Shown here piece after piece: positions 1 to 14,895 of a DNA stretch of 64,000 nt. Positions within the stretch are counted from its first letter, which is position 1, and each line of letters starts with the position of its first letter. Made by a program: the position numbers and the translations under genes. The stretch lies in NCBI GenBank assembly GCA_051362555.1, contig CM120645.1, positions 13,950,001-14,014,000 on the forward strand, read 5' to 3'. The notes beneath the pieces were generated by a model. It was given only the letters and a program-made list of their open reading frames with translations. It ran no database searches and was not told the origin of the DNA. Origin of the DNA: Lingula anatina. Taxonomy: Eukaryota > Animalia > Brachiopoda.

Positions 1-409
1 TTGTCTATTTGTCTCGGTGTAACAGGAATGGAAGTCCTAGTAATTGAAGCCCGGGCTCCCATATCATTAGTACAGGTTAAGGTTATTTGGAGTTCGTATA
101 TGGGACCAATGTCACCTGCACATAGTAATGGGAAGAGTACTACAGTTCCTAGCGGACTTCCATTCCTGTTATACTGGCCCATCGTTACCAAAAAATGTAT
201 GTGCACAGGCAGGCTGGGAGTGAAATGTGAGAGTGGTGAAGTTGGATCTTTTTGCTTTGAGAAGCAAGCAGGCTACATGTATGCAGAGTGTAAGGTCTGA
301 TGTGAATAGTAAATACGTGCCCAGGCAATTATTTAGCCCGGTTTTACTGTCCTTCCAATCCATTTCTTATCGTGATGATGTAAATGATATTTTGTATCCT
401 TTTTTAAAT

Positions 410-670
410 TATTACCGCCTAAATCTCGCAATTATTCTGGAATCTGTGCTTATTGGACCACGTGGACCTTCTTTGATGGCTAAGCTCTTAAAATATCTCA
501 TTATCTTATTGTATATCTTAAGGACTTTTTACAAAAACAAACTTTATACAAAAAACATGGACTAACTTCGAATGTAGGAATGGATTCATTAACCACTGGG
601 AAGTATGCAAAAATCGTCGTCTACCCCAGGAAATCCGTTTTTTGGCAAAAACGAACAAATGTTACCCCTA
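410..670. repeat. Interspersed repeat, diverged copy of 18030-18275
   Basis: Shared blocks such as TCTGGAATCTGTGCTT..ATTGGACCA, ATTCATTAACCA.TGG.AAGTATG and TTTTTGGC.AAAACGAACA occur in the same order in both places. Confidence 0.7.
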
Positions 671-3430
671 AAGTCATGTTGCAATGGCAGATTATTTTGA
701 AGACTAAAACTATTTAAGTACATGAGTATGACGAAAGTATCAATCAGAACATCAACAAAACGCTGGTTGTTAATAACACAATCTGGTATGTCTACCAAAT
801 TACCAATTCGATGGCATTTTGAATCAGTATACCCGGAAACAACATACCCCAGGAAGCAATACATTTATGTATGGTTTAGGTAAATGCTATGAATGACAGA
901 TTGGAGTGGTATTGATTGGTTCCAATGGAATCTTAATCCTTTATTTGACATTATGTAATAATTTTTGATTGCCTTATTTGAAGTAACGGCAGGTTTTTAT
1001 TGATGTCTCTTAGATTGAATCTCGAGTTCTTTTTTTAGTAAATCTAATAAGAGATACGGATTTGATTTTTGAGCATTAATGAATTATTCTTGGGGTCGTT
1101 GGACGTAACGGTATCCTTCTTCCAGAACTGGTGTGTTTACTTTATTGATCCTTTGAAAGTGGATTCGGAATTTTTTCCCATTTTTGAATATGGTTTGATT
1201 GTGATTGTAAAGATAATTAGGCTTTCACGTTATTGCTTCTTGGACCTTACTCCCGTTATATTTTTAACCTACTACTGTACTCTTGAACGGTAGGTGTATT
1301 TCGGAATGTATTTAACTGAACCTTCATTACAACGCTTTATTTTGCGTAAGACTGAAAATCTTCCAGATCCTTTCCTCGGTCAACGGCTTCTTAATACCGC
1401 AGTCAACTGCTTGCGCGTGAAGCGCAAAATTACAATTTTTTCACATAGTACCACGTCGCAACTCACGCTTTTGCCAGAAATGTACGTTCTTAAGTGCATG
1501 TAATGAAATGTTTTTAATTAACAAATCTACTTAATCTGCGCGACATAACGCAGCAATACATTTCCAATTGACCTCGTTAATAGACATGTAAGTTTAGACG
1601 TGGCAATTAACACTGTTGTCAAATCGGTTTATTTTCCCGTAGTTTCCAATTCATATTGTTCTTAAAGATATTAGTTTTCGTACTGTTCTTAAAAATATTA
1701 GTTTTGTACGTATTATTAAGCCGTGTCCAACAGCGTACGTTTCCTTTCATACAAAAACACTGGTCTAAGTGAAATGTTATTAAATGCGTCAGTGGCTATT
1801 GTTCGATGATCTCGATTATTGCGAGGAAAGTAGTGTGTGCAACCTTTGTGCTCTATACTCCATGATACTGACGCAGAAAAAGTGTTTTGGCCACAATATC
1901 AGAATCGATTTTTGAGGTCAATTGGGACCTGTTATGCAACTGAAATTATCACTTATTTCAAGTGATTTCCTCCGGGTGGCAAAGAGGTGCAGTATGAGAA
2001 AAGAGCAAAACAATATTATACCCGTCAGACGTACGTGACAGCGTGCGGCAATTTTGCTTTATGAAATCCCATAATTTCCTATAAACACCCATAAACAATA
2101 ATTGTAAAATAGATCAAATAAGTTTCTGTTGAAAAACACGAATGCACATGCAAATAACTCATGCAAGCAAATGTTTTGAAGTCTTAAGTGGCAAGCTGAA
2201 GGACGTCACATTGGAAAACGGATCTAAAACCGCAACAACAAACAATTACCCTCTTGGCTTTTCGAGCACATGTACATTATTGGCGGCAAACCAGCGCTGA
2301 ACAGGGAATTATCACCTTTACGTACGTGGTGGTATCAGCGGGAAGAAATTTCATATGAATAAACATATGGGGTTTCTTTCTCTTCGAAAGAAAATGCCCT
2401 TAATGAAGATAAATCAAGCTACTTTCCTGTTGTCGTTTGACAGTATTTGGTCTACAAGTCTTGTGACTTCATTTTTATACCATGTTCAACATTAACAGTG
2501 ATATATCAATTTAAGATACTCATGATCAAAAGCTGGGCGAGTTGACTACAGATATGCAAATATATATTGATATTATTTATTGTGACGTGAATTCAGGGTT
2601 TAGCAAAATGAAAATGCCAGATTGACTCGAGTGCACACCCTTTCCCAAAACTTCCCACCGTCAGTTAATTACTGGTACCTAACCCAATTCTCCCGCCATA
2701 CAGAGCAGTTGAAAGATTAATTTAAAGTCAGATTTTCGTCACAAATTCAACTACCACCATATAGTTTCCGATAGAATAATTTATGAAAAGACCAAAGGAC
2801 ATAAGTGTTACCCGTAAATAATACTTGAACGGATATTTTCTGCTGATTTTCTGTAGCGTAGGTAACAGGGACACATAAGTGCGACAGATAATTAAGCACC
2901 GTAAGTCTATTTACAACCATACATTCAAAGATGGTGTATTTTTTCTCCTTTTTAGCTCTTTTATGGCTGATCGAATGATTAATGTGGTTTATCCTTTGGT
3001 ATGTCAACTTTATTTGAGTCGTGGGAGAAACTAGTATAGAAGCGGTTTATACGCGTTACTGGAAATCCATGCTTGCTTTTTATGTATCTTTACTAGAGGG
3101 ACCTTACAATAAAAGGGGCCGTCACTGGCCAAATTTCGAACACCAAACTTGCGTTTGTCCTTTACTTATACTTTCGCTCGAGTTAATAAGGAGACATTAA
3201 TATAAGTTGTCTCAAAAGTAATGTGGCCAACAAAAAGTAAATTGCGATCTTATAATGGCCTTTTTTATGGTTCTCAATGAAGAACTTATAAGTACTATTT
3301 AACTCTTGCCTTCGCTTTTTCTTCATTGTAAAATATAACTAATACATGTTAAAGTAACCACTTCATGTACGGCTGAGAATTTGCATCACTTATTAAGCTT
3401 GAATTTCTTATCTCCGCGTTTGTGTATTTC

Positions 3431-3471
3431 TGTGTGTGTGTGTGTGTGTGTGTGGGTGTGTGTGTGTGTGT
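3431..3471. repeat. (TG)n microsatellite
   Basis: Direct reading. Confidence 0.95.
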
Positions 3472-4616
3472 AAAAGAGCAAGAGGGAAAGACAGAAAAAC
3501 CTAATGGATTAGAACTATAAAAGTAAAAATAAAATCATTAAAAAAACACTTACCTTATAGCGTCCCCCAGCGAATGCCGACAAAGGAGTTTTCTTGTAGA
3601 ATAACAGTTTTTGACTGAAAAAATTCCCCAATTTCTCTCCGTGACAACTGTCGGTTCTATTGAACTAAAGATAAATTCCAAGTCTTTCGCCGTTTTATAC
3701 CCACTGTCGCACGCAAGACGGCAGTTAAAGCAATCAGTTAACAACTGAGGGTCTGGCTTTGAGGGGCCTTTAATGAAACACCTGGATTATTAATGCGCTA
3801 TTTGTTTGTTCCAAATCTGATTGCTTCTTCAGTGAAAAGTAATAAGATGCAATTATTTCTTATCAACCACATATCGCACGTTCATCTTCCTCTTAATTGT
3901 AAACACTAAGTGTAAACCAAAAATATATGATATCGTTACGTTAAATAAATACACCATATCTCATTACTTTTGTTTCATTGAATCAATCCTATCTGTGAGT
4001 GTGATGACACTTCACGAAAACTACTCGTAGTCTAACCGAAAAAAAGAAGAAAAGAAAAGAATAAAGAAAGAACAAAAACAGTTGTGGTAAAGCAAGACAT
4101 TATTACATGTATGAAGGTTTTTTTGTGCGATAAAGATATTGGAATTTTTTATGAAAAATACAAATTTCTTTATTATTAACCTAAACTTACCTGTCTAATA
4201 TCACTTGACAAGATTTTTACAGAAAGGCCCAATATCTCAAGTAAAAAATATCAAATATCCTTTGAGAGAGACTATGAATAAAATAACACAGTAGTACGAT
4301 TGAAAGCATTCAGTAAATTTAGCAAAAGCAACCCGAGTCAAGTAGTCTGTTGACGGCGTGCAGAAATTCAGTTGAATCTGTATTGGTCAGTTTTGTCAGT
4401 AACATTTGACCGATGAATCATTGTCCCTACACATATCAATTAACTGCTAATGACCGAGACAGATGGTCACTGTACAGCCCCTGGGGGTCGGCTTATTTAA
4501 TGATTAAAGGCGCCTATATAATAGACGTATAGCAGAAGAATGAAAGGAGAAGCGACAGTTGGGTATATGTTAACGTACACTTTCGTTGTATTCAGACTTA
4601 CCACCATTCTTTAGTG

Positions 4617-4668
4617 TATATTATATTATATTATATTATATTATATTATATTATATTATATTATATTA
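4617..4668. repeat. (TATAT)n pentanucleotide microsatellite
   Basis: About ten TTATA units. Confidence 0.95.
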
Positions 4669-4804
4669 CGACACACGTCTTTTTTTAACTTAAAGAGTAA
4701 AGACTAGCTCTCGTTGAACTTATCAAGGAACAAGCCATATGTTTTGATCGTTTTTAAACAAATAAATCCCATGAATTAACGTCGCCAACAATCATCTTAT
4801 CTAA

Positions 4805-5062
4805 GGCTTCATTCACATGCAATGTCTATTTTTCTAAATTCTATTTTCTATTCGCGGTATCTTATGATCATGGTCTGCGCCCTGAATATCCCGCGGCGTA
4901 ATTACTGGCAGCGCGAGCCAGTTACTTAAAGTAACTTATAGTAACTGGCAAGCGCTGCCAGTAATTACGCCGCGGGATATTCAGGGCACAGACCGTGATC
5001 ATAAGACTTACCGCGAATAGAAAATAGAATTTAGAAAATAGACATTGCATGTGAACGAAGCC
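4805..5062. mobile_element. Palindromic MITE, PIF/Harbinger-like
   Basis: Almost the whole element is an inverted repeat (GGCTTCATTCACATGCAATGTCTATTTT... / ...AAAATAGACATTGCATGTGAACGAAGCC), flanked by TAA on both sides (4802-4804, 5063-5065). Confidence 0.9.
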
Positions 5063-7676
5063 TAAGACCTCTTCACGAACCTCGCAACATGTCAATAATC
5101 TTAAAGCTCAATCGTGAATCGCGCGCAGGTTTTTAAAGCGATGGTGGAATTTAAAAAAAAGTGCACGTGGGTTAAGTTTGAATTTTTGAGTTACGGTGAG
5201 TTCAGGAAAGGAGAATCAATGGTTGCCTAGTCAGGCAAAAAATAGTTTTTAACTCAATAATATTAGTTTTTCGCAGGAAAACCTTTCATTCAGCGAAAAT
5301 CCAGCCCATTTAAGTACTTAGAGCTGCCCCTTTTTTAAAAGCTGCATTTTTCAAATACTCAATTGCCCAAAAAAGAGAAACTAAACAATAAGTGATTATT
5401 TTATCTTTTAGTATAGTTTCAACACGAAAACGAGTAATTATCACTGAAGCATGTTAAGATATTAGGGACCATATTGGGAAATTCTTCTTGCGTTGAAAAA
5501 GAAATCTCTTTCCTCACAGTGACAGATTTGGCCGGTAGCAGGCATTTCCGAGCAAACAGGCCACTTTCACAACCAGTTGATCCGCGTACTACCTAGTCCG
5601 CCGATCAAATATGGTGGGACCCACTTAAAAGCGTGCCAAGATATAATTGCTCTGCCTCCGCTGGGATGGCGCGCGTGGGACGGGAATCCATTTTCAAGTG
5701 CTCACCATATTTGAGTCTCGGAATAGTTAGTCTGCGGATCAACTGGTTGTGAACCCGACAATACAGCAGAGATATAAGGTGGAATCTGAATACCTCATCA
5801 ACAGACAGGCGGGGAAAAGCCTTAAAAGATGTTGTTTGCTGGGGTCGTTTAAAAAGTTCGTGTATTTATATTATATTTCATTCTTTTGGATGGTTATTTC
5901 TACACAAAGGAGTTTTTACTTTATTTTCATTCTGCATTAATAATACAAACATTTTGGTACTCATGCATTATTTCACACCCCCCCCCCCCCCCCGCACTAT
6001 AACTTTTTTATTTTTAAAAGTTTATCAAAATTAAGTTACATTATGACGTTGACCAATGTCTCAAATAAATTAATATGGAAATTTAATAACTATTTTTTTT
6101 CTTTATTATTAAACATTCAATCTCGTTGGCCTATGAGATTACAGCAAGCAAAATTTCACTACAGCGATGGCCCCAGCTCTAACAATATTTGTGTGGCAAA
6201 AACTTTCATGTAAAAATCATCGTTATATTAGTAAATTTATGAATTGCGAAACTTATTCATTTGAATAGCAGAGACACCGCTCAAAGTCATCACACGAATT
6301 AATTACATCGTCAGAAAAGATATTGAAAATCAGAGTTCTAAGGTGGGGGAAATACTGCAAAAGAGCCAAAATGTTTCATTTTTGATGTTCATAACACACT
6401 GTCTTAGGGTGCGAATTGTATAGTGAAGTAGGTGATATACGGGCATACGCTCATTTTCAATCACACACTTCATAACAACTGGTTGGGGTGTAAATATCAA
6501 CGCCTTTAGTGTTAATACTTTACACACACCTTTAGAGTTAATGCTTTGCACACGAGCTAGATGGTTTCCAATAATGTATATTCCCCATGGGGTATGAAAA
6601 AAAATAATAATACCCCAATAGAAACTATCTGCCCTCCAAAAAACACACAAAACCCCGCTCAAAGGCCCGACTACACTTAGTATATGTCACAGGCCAGTTC
6701 CCAATTGAAAGATTTTAATAGTTAAACTGTTATCAACGAAAACTATATCTGGATATTTAAAAGTTCTTTGTATTTCATTTTCTTGAAAAACATGGTCCGT
6801 AAAACAGAAATAAATTATACCGCTCTTAGGAGCACTAGAGTGTCGCAAGCCAACAGATGTTACAGGTAACAAAAGGCTGGGGCATACCGCACTGCAGTTA
6901 ACTAGAAAATAACTGCTATACTTTCTTTTCAGGAAGATCACACTTTCACTGGTCGAATTAGGTTGAAGCCTTATTGAAATTTACGATTATCTCTCTTCTT
7001 TTATCATACCAAAATATTGTTGGCAAGAATATATGCCTCCCACCAGCTCATGGTGCATATGCTTTGTTTGTTCTTTATAAAGCCAAGGCACAGAATAGCG
7101 ATTTCTTTTCCATTTATGTATTTCTTCGGTTATTCATTCATTCATCTATTTACTTATTTATTTTCTCGTTTGTTTTTGGCTGTGTGAATAATTTCTTTTT
7201 AACAGTAAGTGATATCTTATTCAGACAATAATTGATTGGATTTTTGCGGAACCCATGTGTCTTAATTATTGAAAACAACAGGAATTTGTCTATTGATATC
7301 ACTAGTTCCATATAGGCAAGCGGCATTTCACCATTTCAAATGCATACAGGTGTAGAATAAAGTTTCTGGCCTTTCACTTTCTTATAAATCAACAAGCACA
7401 TTTATCATTATGTGCATACGTATTGGATTTTGGATCAAATAAGATTTTCACGCTGTGAATTATTGGTCATCACTTGATAATTATCTTAAACTGAAAATAC
7501 CAATGTCAAATTGATAATAAATCTGGATATTAAGTTTTGTTGCAACCGCATAATATGTAGAACGGATTTTCTTTTGTCTTATTGAAATTTAATCATCATT
7601 TTAAACTGCGGCTTGGCATAGTGTCAACAAATTGGAACCGTATTGAACATCCGTCCACCTTAATAGATAGCCTCTT

Positions 7677-7717
7677 TCTCTCTCTCTCTCTTTCTCTCTC
7701 TCGTGAGCATATTTTCC

Positions 7718-7792
<75 letters not shown>
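7677..7792. repeat. (CT)n and (AT)n microsatellites
   Basis: Direct reading. Confidence 0.95.
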
Positions 7793-7796
<4 letters not shown>

Positions 7797-10700
7797 GGCA
7801 GCGGGCTTGTTCTTTGGTCTCCTCTCAGGACTGAGAGATACAGAAAGAGCTTGCATTTCAACATCAGCTTTGTTGATGCTATATAATAATCACAACCTTT
7901 TAATATAAGTCTTTTTACGTCCTGTACATAATGAAAAATGCATTGCTACTTTTACCAAGTGCTTACACGAATTCCGCGGAATCAAAAAGCCGATAGTCAT
8001 TATTGGCCCTTTGCCATGATTGACTTTCATCTTTTAATTCAAATGTGATAACGGGAATTAGCCGTTATACTGACCGTAAAAATTGCCTATCATTTATACT
8101 TTTTCCAACATCGAAGTGCCAATCTCTTCAAATCGTCTTTGTGAAACAAAGTGGCTTTTTGCCAAGATTTAATGACATTGGCTGTGGTCTTTAAGTGAAT
8201 TTACGGAAGAAGGTCAGAAATTCATAACAACAGGTTAAAAAGCAAGGCCGGATAAACAATATGATTGTGTGATCATTCGCGTTTAAATCAAAAATAGCTT
8301 TGAATACCAACGATTCTGTGACCGAAAGGTTTAGTTTGATTGAAACCCATCACTGGTGCAAAGTCGTTTCGTTGTATTGTAAAAAGGATGTCGGTATTTG
8401 ACCGCTTCATTTCACCTTTTTGGGAACATTAAATGGCCCATTACCAGTAACAATTCGGAGAAGACGGTTATTTTTCTTTAGCTCGATATGACATAAAAGC
8501 AAAGCCCAACCCTGGAGCTGAGAAAGAAATCAATGGATGACACCAGATGCAAACAAAAGATTCACTGAAAAAAAAATCAAAATCACAAAGAGATTCATCT
8601 TATTTATGATCCCATCCAGGTAGCTTACTGGTTAACCGTATTAAATACACTACCACATTAGATCGTGACAGTGCACTGTATAATGGACATCAGCATGCCC
8701 TCTTAGCTGCTCTTCGTCAAAGGGTGGAACAGCAATAGAGCCGAGATTTAACCACAACTACCCACGTAATGGAGCTATTTTCTTAATTGCGTCGATCGTT
8801 TGCTGTGCCTTATGGTATGTTTGGTCTACAAGTCGTTTGGTTCGTCTGTCTGAGCACAACATTTTCAACAATTTCTTCAAGAAATGCACGTTTTTTTTTC
8901 AAATGACTCTTATGTATGCAACAAGTGACCTTGTGAAGAAAACAAAAAACAAATTAAATAGTCTTATTGAAAAAAAAATAGGTTCTCATTGTAATGTGCG
9001 CCATCTGCGAACTAATCGACTTGAAGTCTAGCACACGTAGCAGGGGTTTTCTTTGAACTTTGAATTGCCGATTTAAGTGAATCCTTTTCCTCTGGATGCT
9101 ATGCTATTTGCTTTATACTTTACATGTATACCGATTGTCAGAACTGTGACAAATAGACGCAACGAGTTTTCATTGAAAGTAATCTCATAAAGCCTGATAT
9201 CCTTCACTTTAAAGCAGGATACGTTAACTAGGGCACAGTGACTGTAAATGCAATAAAATCACTCTGACATCGCCAAGACTACGATTTTACTCAGTGGTGT
9301 ACGGTAAGTCATACTCAAACTGCCATTTTGCTCATCGTAAAGCATTTTGCTCCCACTGAAAGCTTTGGCAGTACATGTACATTGTACAAGTCCTATAGAT
9401 TAGGCGCATGGAGGTCTGTTCATTTTCCTAATTCTCATCTGCAAACATAACTGTATTGGCACCTTAATTTTAAATACGAAAACAATTCCCTGCGTTATTT
9501 CTAATAATAGTAAGTTTATTGAAGCCATAACAGCCATCAGATTGAAGTTATATAAACAAATTACTGAGGATCGATAGAACTTTAAAATGCATAAATAAAG
9601 TCAATTAAAAACAGTTATAGATAACTGGTTTAAACAAGGAATAAAAGCGTTGCGCAAACGTTTTGGTTTCGACTTTGTCACTATATGTAAGCCTTTTATT
9701 TGGGATTCAAGGTTAAGATTTTATCAGACTCGTTCTTGGTTTTCTCAAAGAAAGGTTTCACACAAACCTATGTGGCGGTTTTTGTTCAGATCAGATTGAC
9801 TACGTTTACAGTAATTAGACGAATATAGATGGCATTTCATGGCATTACACAAACCTCGTTGTCTAAGAAGTGAGAGAAGGCACTCGACTTTCCCCGGAGA
9901 TGGAGGAAAAGCAATCAAGCCGTGTTACTTTTCATCCCCGTGAAATGATGAATTGATTTCCTCTGGTGTAATAAAAATCTGCGCGTCTGTGTACACACTC
10001 AAAATCAATCAAAGCCGTGAATTGGCTGTTGAGCGATGTCTCTGGAATATGAATAGGTGAGAGAAGTAAATGACGCTGGCAATTTCGGAGGTACGTCGAC
10101 AGTTATTACACTACTGATATATTATCATGTACTCGTTGACAGAAACATTGATACCAGTCCAGCAAGTGTTTTAGGTATAAATAAAATTGTTTTTTTTCTT
10201 TCTCAGTTATATTCTTAAGGACTCGTTGAAATGGCTTGCTCAGCCGTCAGACTCAACGACTTGCAGCCTAGCAGGATTTTCTATGAACTTTAAATTGCCG
10301 TTTTTGCGTGAATTATTTTTTCTCTGGATGCTATTGATTTATACTGTAAATGCATACTATGATGCAAGATGCAACCAGGTGTATTTATTGAAAGTTATCA
10401 CTATTTTCTTCGTTTTGGATAGTTCTTTAAGTTCCAATAGGCTCGCAACCCGTAAAAACTGTTTTAATTAGTTAAAATATACATTAAATGACCGGCTTAG
10501 AATAAATGGCCGATAGTTTTAGAAAAAGACGCAATTAGTTGCTGTGTCTTGTATCGCTTTCCCTTTTACGGCGAAGACGAATGAATTAATAATATCTTAT
10601 AGGAGCTGAAGAATAAAGACATTTATCTTACTGCCTTACGTTTGCATTACAAATATTTATCAACTGATATTATTATATGCAGCTACATGTAATTGTGCTC

Positions 10701-12344
10701 TTTTCTAGAGTTCTGTGTAATTTGTAATGTTCATTTGGTAATACAAGGAATCGAAACAGAATCAGAAAATCGACTCGCCTCCATTTACAATGCTGCATCA
10801 AGCTATTAGGGGGCGTTCTTGAGTTTTGGATAACCTCTAATTTTGATGTTTTGTAAAGTTTGATGTCTTGGTAGGGTTCCAGGAATCCTTATATTACTCC
10901 CACTACTTCGTTATTGTTGTACTTTTTAAAGGTCATCCGCATCCACGTCAGGCTTATTATCAAACAAATACTCATAGTAGTAACTATAAGATGCTTTATA
11001 AGATATGGTACATCCATTATTTTCTTGATCAATTGATTTGTACTTTCATCTATGCTTAAAATATTCCTTTTTTTTTCTCACCATCTCTCTGTTACATTGT
11101 AGCACCTACATGTATTTGAAAATATACAAAGGGTAAAGGTCAGAAAAATGTACGTAGCTCAACATCAAACGGTTAATAGATGCTCAGCTGTGTTGGTGGC
11201 ATATTGGGGAATGCTCCACAATAACAGAGATTTTTACCACAGACGTCAGAAATAATATGCTTTATGCTTTTCCTCTTCTGTCCTTTTGCAAATGAACATT
11301 TTCTGTTGCATGTTCTGTAAGGTCCATTACTAAGAATTTCATTTCACTAGAAAAGAGGGCGTTAATAAGCAGGGGCTGCTTTGCATTTGGTGCTTCATTT
11401 TTCATGCCTTAACAATTATGCCGAATGCTACTGGTGGTTTCACTGAAAAATAAGAACATTGTGTTAGGTGAGATATTGATAAACAACACATTTATTAATC
11501 TCCTCCATGAGAAAATTGTACATTCAATAACCGCGCATCATATAATTACTACACGGTGCTGTAGTGGATTTCTCACAAAGTGTAACAGAATCAATCGTTA
11601 GGTGCAATCGGCTAAATGCACTTCAAATTGTTCGATTAATCCAAACGAAATATGGTCTGCATCGTAATGTTTCTAAGTAATAATGATGGCAGTCATCTAT
11701 TGTTGATTCATGATCAAAAAGCAGATAATTGCCATTTTGAGCTCTTCTTGAAGTTAACGCAGGAGGGAGAAAGAGGTGACTGAACTCTCAAGACGGAAGA
11801 TCGTGGGCTTCATTGATAATCCAGACATTTTCTTTCTTTCACAACACAGTACACTTATGCTGAGCTTACTAATGCCCCGATTCGGTCGATTTTTGTGTGC
11901 ATCGAAATGCTGACCAAATTGGACCATAAGAAAGCTCAGCACATGTGCTACTAGTATATACTATACATGTTCCTTTCGGTAGGCTATAAATCTCTACTCT
12001 CTTTTATCTTAACCAACTCATAGATCACGACGTACACTTAACGCATGAGATGTATTTATAATTATATCAAGCACATAGTGTTCTAACACATCAAATTTTC
12101 TGCAAGATTTGCAAAGACAATCATTCTTAATTCATTATCAACGACAGTAAAACTACAGGGAAATTAAAAACCGCTGGGTCTCAGCCTTATTCTGAAACAA
12201 TGACTATGTATTTTAAAAACAATCCAGCTTTAAGACATTACCTCGGATGGGCTGCTTCCTATTGATCGGAAAACGTTGTCTCCTGACCATGCATTGCATT
12301 AATTGATTTAAGGGACCATTCCCAGACCCTATCGCACCAAGTGT

Positions 12345-12570
12345 GGATTGATATATCTCCAAGGGGATTCTCGCTAAATTGCAATCAACTTAAGCGGCTA
12401 AGAGGTTTTTCAAGTCTACTGAAGCTGCTAGGAGGTGATTAATCTTCGTTTAGCAGCTTCCGTAGGCGTGCCAGACATCTAAGCCGCTTAAGTTGAAAGC
12501 AATTTAGCAAGAAACCCCTTGGAGATGGATCGATCCTGTTAAATCGATCTAGGTATGGGAACACTAGTCA
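12345..12570. mobile_element. Imperfect hairpin (MITE-like) repeat, family also at 27350-27565 and 40480-40660
   Basis: ATCTCCAAGGGGATTCTCGCTAAATTGC...TTAAGCGGCT pairs with AGCCGCTTAA...GCAATTTAGCAAGAAACCCCTTGGAGAT. Confidence 0.7.
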
Positions 12571-14895
12571 CCAGTCTTAAATGTTTGCCTAACCCATTGG
12601 CCTGAGGTTAGGATAAAGCTGGAGAAGGTCATCTAGATCTGACTTCATTGTCTTAAATGCCAGACATTAACTTGGGGCATTGTTGACCTTGGACCTTCGT
12701 CCCTTCTAGCCGAGTTGATATTTTTCATGTGAGTCAGATGTCACACCAAAGAGCCTCAGCATTTCGATAGCTATACATGTGCAGTCTGTCTGTCATGGTA
12801 AGTGTTTATACTTGTAGATCATAAATTCCTTATGTCAGAATAGACTTTGGTGGACATTTGTTATTTCTGGAAATTTTATTTCTCTTGTCATCGTATAAGG
12901 ATAAGCACAGATTATATACGAGGATGCGATGAAAGGTTATAAATACCGTAATTTACGATCGATTTTATGCGATAAAGATTATCTCCGAAAAATCATTGTC
13001 ATCTACAGCAGAGTTCCCAGTGACACGGTGCCCGGTTCCCATTGAGTTATACAGGAAAGCCCCGTCCTAGATTTTGGTCCTTTTACGTTTGCCTTACCCG
13101 AACCTTTATGGATCTAATGGAGGGGGGGGGGGTCTGTTACTCGGACCCTCATTTTCTTTACACTGGGGTGCAGACAGTTTTAGCTCGGTGGTATTTTCTC
13201 ATTGCAATAACCACGTGGCACTCAATGGTTCATTAGTTTTCCCGTTAGAATAATTATTTGCTGTATCCACGGGTTTAAGTGAAAGAAGGTTTGGGGGATT
13301 TCCATATTCAGCACATTAAATGACAATATTCTAAAGCATTTCCGGCCTGTTGCTTAAAGTGTGTATGCACTCAGGTATACGGTGGAATAAATATATCACG
13401 CACGGTAAGCGCTTTCCATTAGGAATATACTGAAAAACACTTTCATGATCTTTCATCTTGTCAATGCGCAAAATTAAACAATATTCTACATCCTAACCAG
13501 GCCCCATTTGATTTATCTATAACCATGGCTACTTCTGTTTGATGGTAATTATTTTTCTGTTCATCAAGGGTGGGTTTAGTGTCATTGGAGAAAACACTCA
13601 CACAGCAGGGCACAATTAACAGGGCAAAGCAGCCACAGTTATACCAACACTAGCATACTAATGAGTCGATGCTTTGCTATAGGTTGGGTTTTGATGTCAA
13701 GCGTCGATCATGTGCGGGTTTTCAAATGACACATATTATCAAATTTTCATTTGCACGTTTATGATCGGTCTCTCTGTCCTTTTAACCTTTTATCTACTTG
13801 CTGTGACTTTGTGGTAATTAAATTTACTATATACAATGAACTGTATTTGGCGGAAGGTTCATTATATATACATATGAAGCGGGTAGTCATCATGATATTG
13901 GCATGGGTGTTTGTATATGCATTGCTATAGTGTCATAATTTGTTACTCACTGCCAGTCACACTTATTAAATTGTCAGCCAGTTGGTAATTACTCGTACCA
14001 TTTTATTTTGTGCAGTTCGAAGTCCCTCACACTTGTACTGTTATATGCATGTCGATGATTATCGATGAACATAAGAAATTATTTGGTTTTCCAATCGCAT
14101 GTGCTGATCGAGAAGATTCGATGATTCAAGATGCGTACTTGCTCAAGATTTTCCTGTTAGCATGCCGTGTTTCCCGCCAGCTTTGTAGATAATTGGTGAG
14201 GCATTTTATATAAATGTAAGTATTGGACGAAATCGGCTTACTATGCCAACTGTAGTACACAAAAAAAGCACCCATATTGCGCTTTTACGCACGACGTAGA
14301 TAACGTCATATACTGGTGCTCTGTGTGATATTTGCTATAATAAAGACTGACAAAATTAAATGACATCAATGTTTAAATTTGATATATGAGATTGTTTACA
14401 AGATTTTCAGTTGAATTAAAATAATTTTACGTATGATTCATTACTTTTTTTATCTTCATTACCATACTTTTTCCAATTAATCTCAATTTACCTGGTTTTA
14501 TTTGAATAAATTTATCTGCTTGGATTGGCAAATTCTGGCTGCCACATTAATATGCCAACACATGAACCAGATGGCCGCTTCAAGTTTAAAACAAATCTAA
14601 ATGTACTTCTCACATTATGTATAATTTATCCCTTTCACTGTATTGCTTTGGTGTCACGACAGGCAAAATCTATGCCAAAGCTAGCAGTGACCGTACAATG
14701 TACAGGTCGTGCATTTTACTAACATATTGCACTATATAAACGTAAATATCTTGGCTCTTGGGTATATAACGCAGTACCTGATCTTGTTTTTTTTTTTTTC
14801 GTCACATTTACAGAGCAGCGATATGGCGGTATCAGTGAAGTAAAGGTGACTGACACGTCGAGAGATCAAACAGACGCCGCCATTCAAAGAGGTAA

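Noticed and set aside
1-1500. Possible decayed coding relic on the minus strand around the 410-670 repeat
   Set aside because: No recognisable motif in the frames translated; the short ORFs look random.
5066-5862. Possible element bounded by CACGAAC / GTTCGTG
   Set aside because: The inverted match is too short and there is no clear TSD.
7582-7908. ORFs containing YIYI or THTH runs (also 27895-28224)
   Set aside because: Microsatellite read-through.
2425-8836. Shared TTTGGTCTACAAGTC at ~2446 and ~8820
   Set aside because: Only a short match with weak flanking similarity; no element can be defined.
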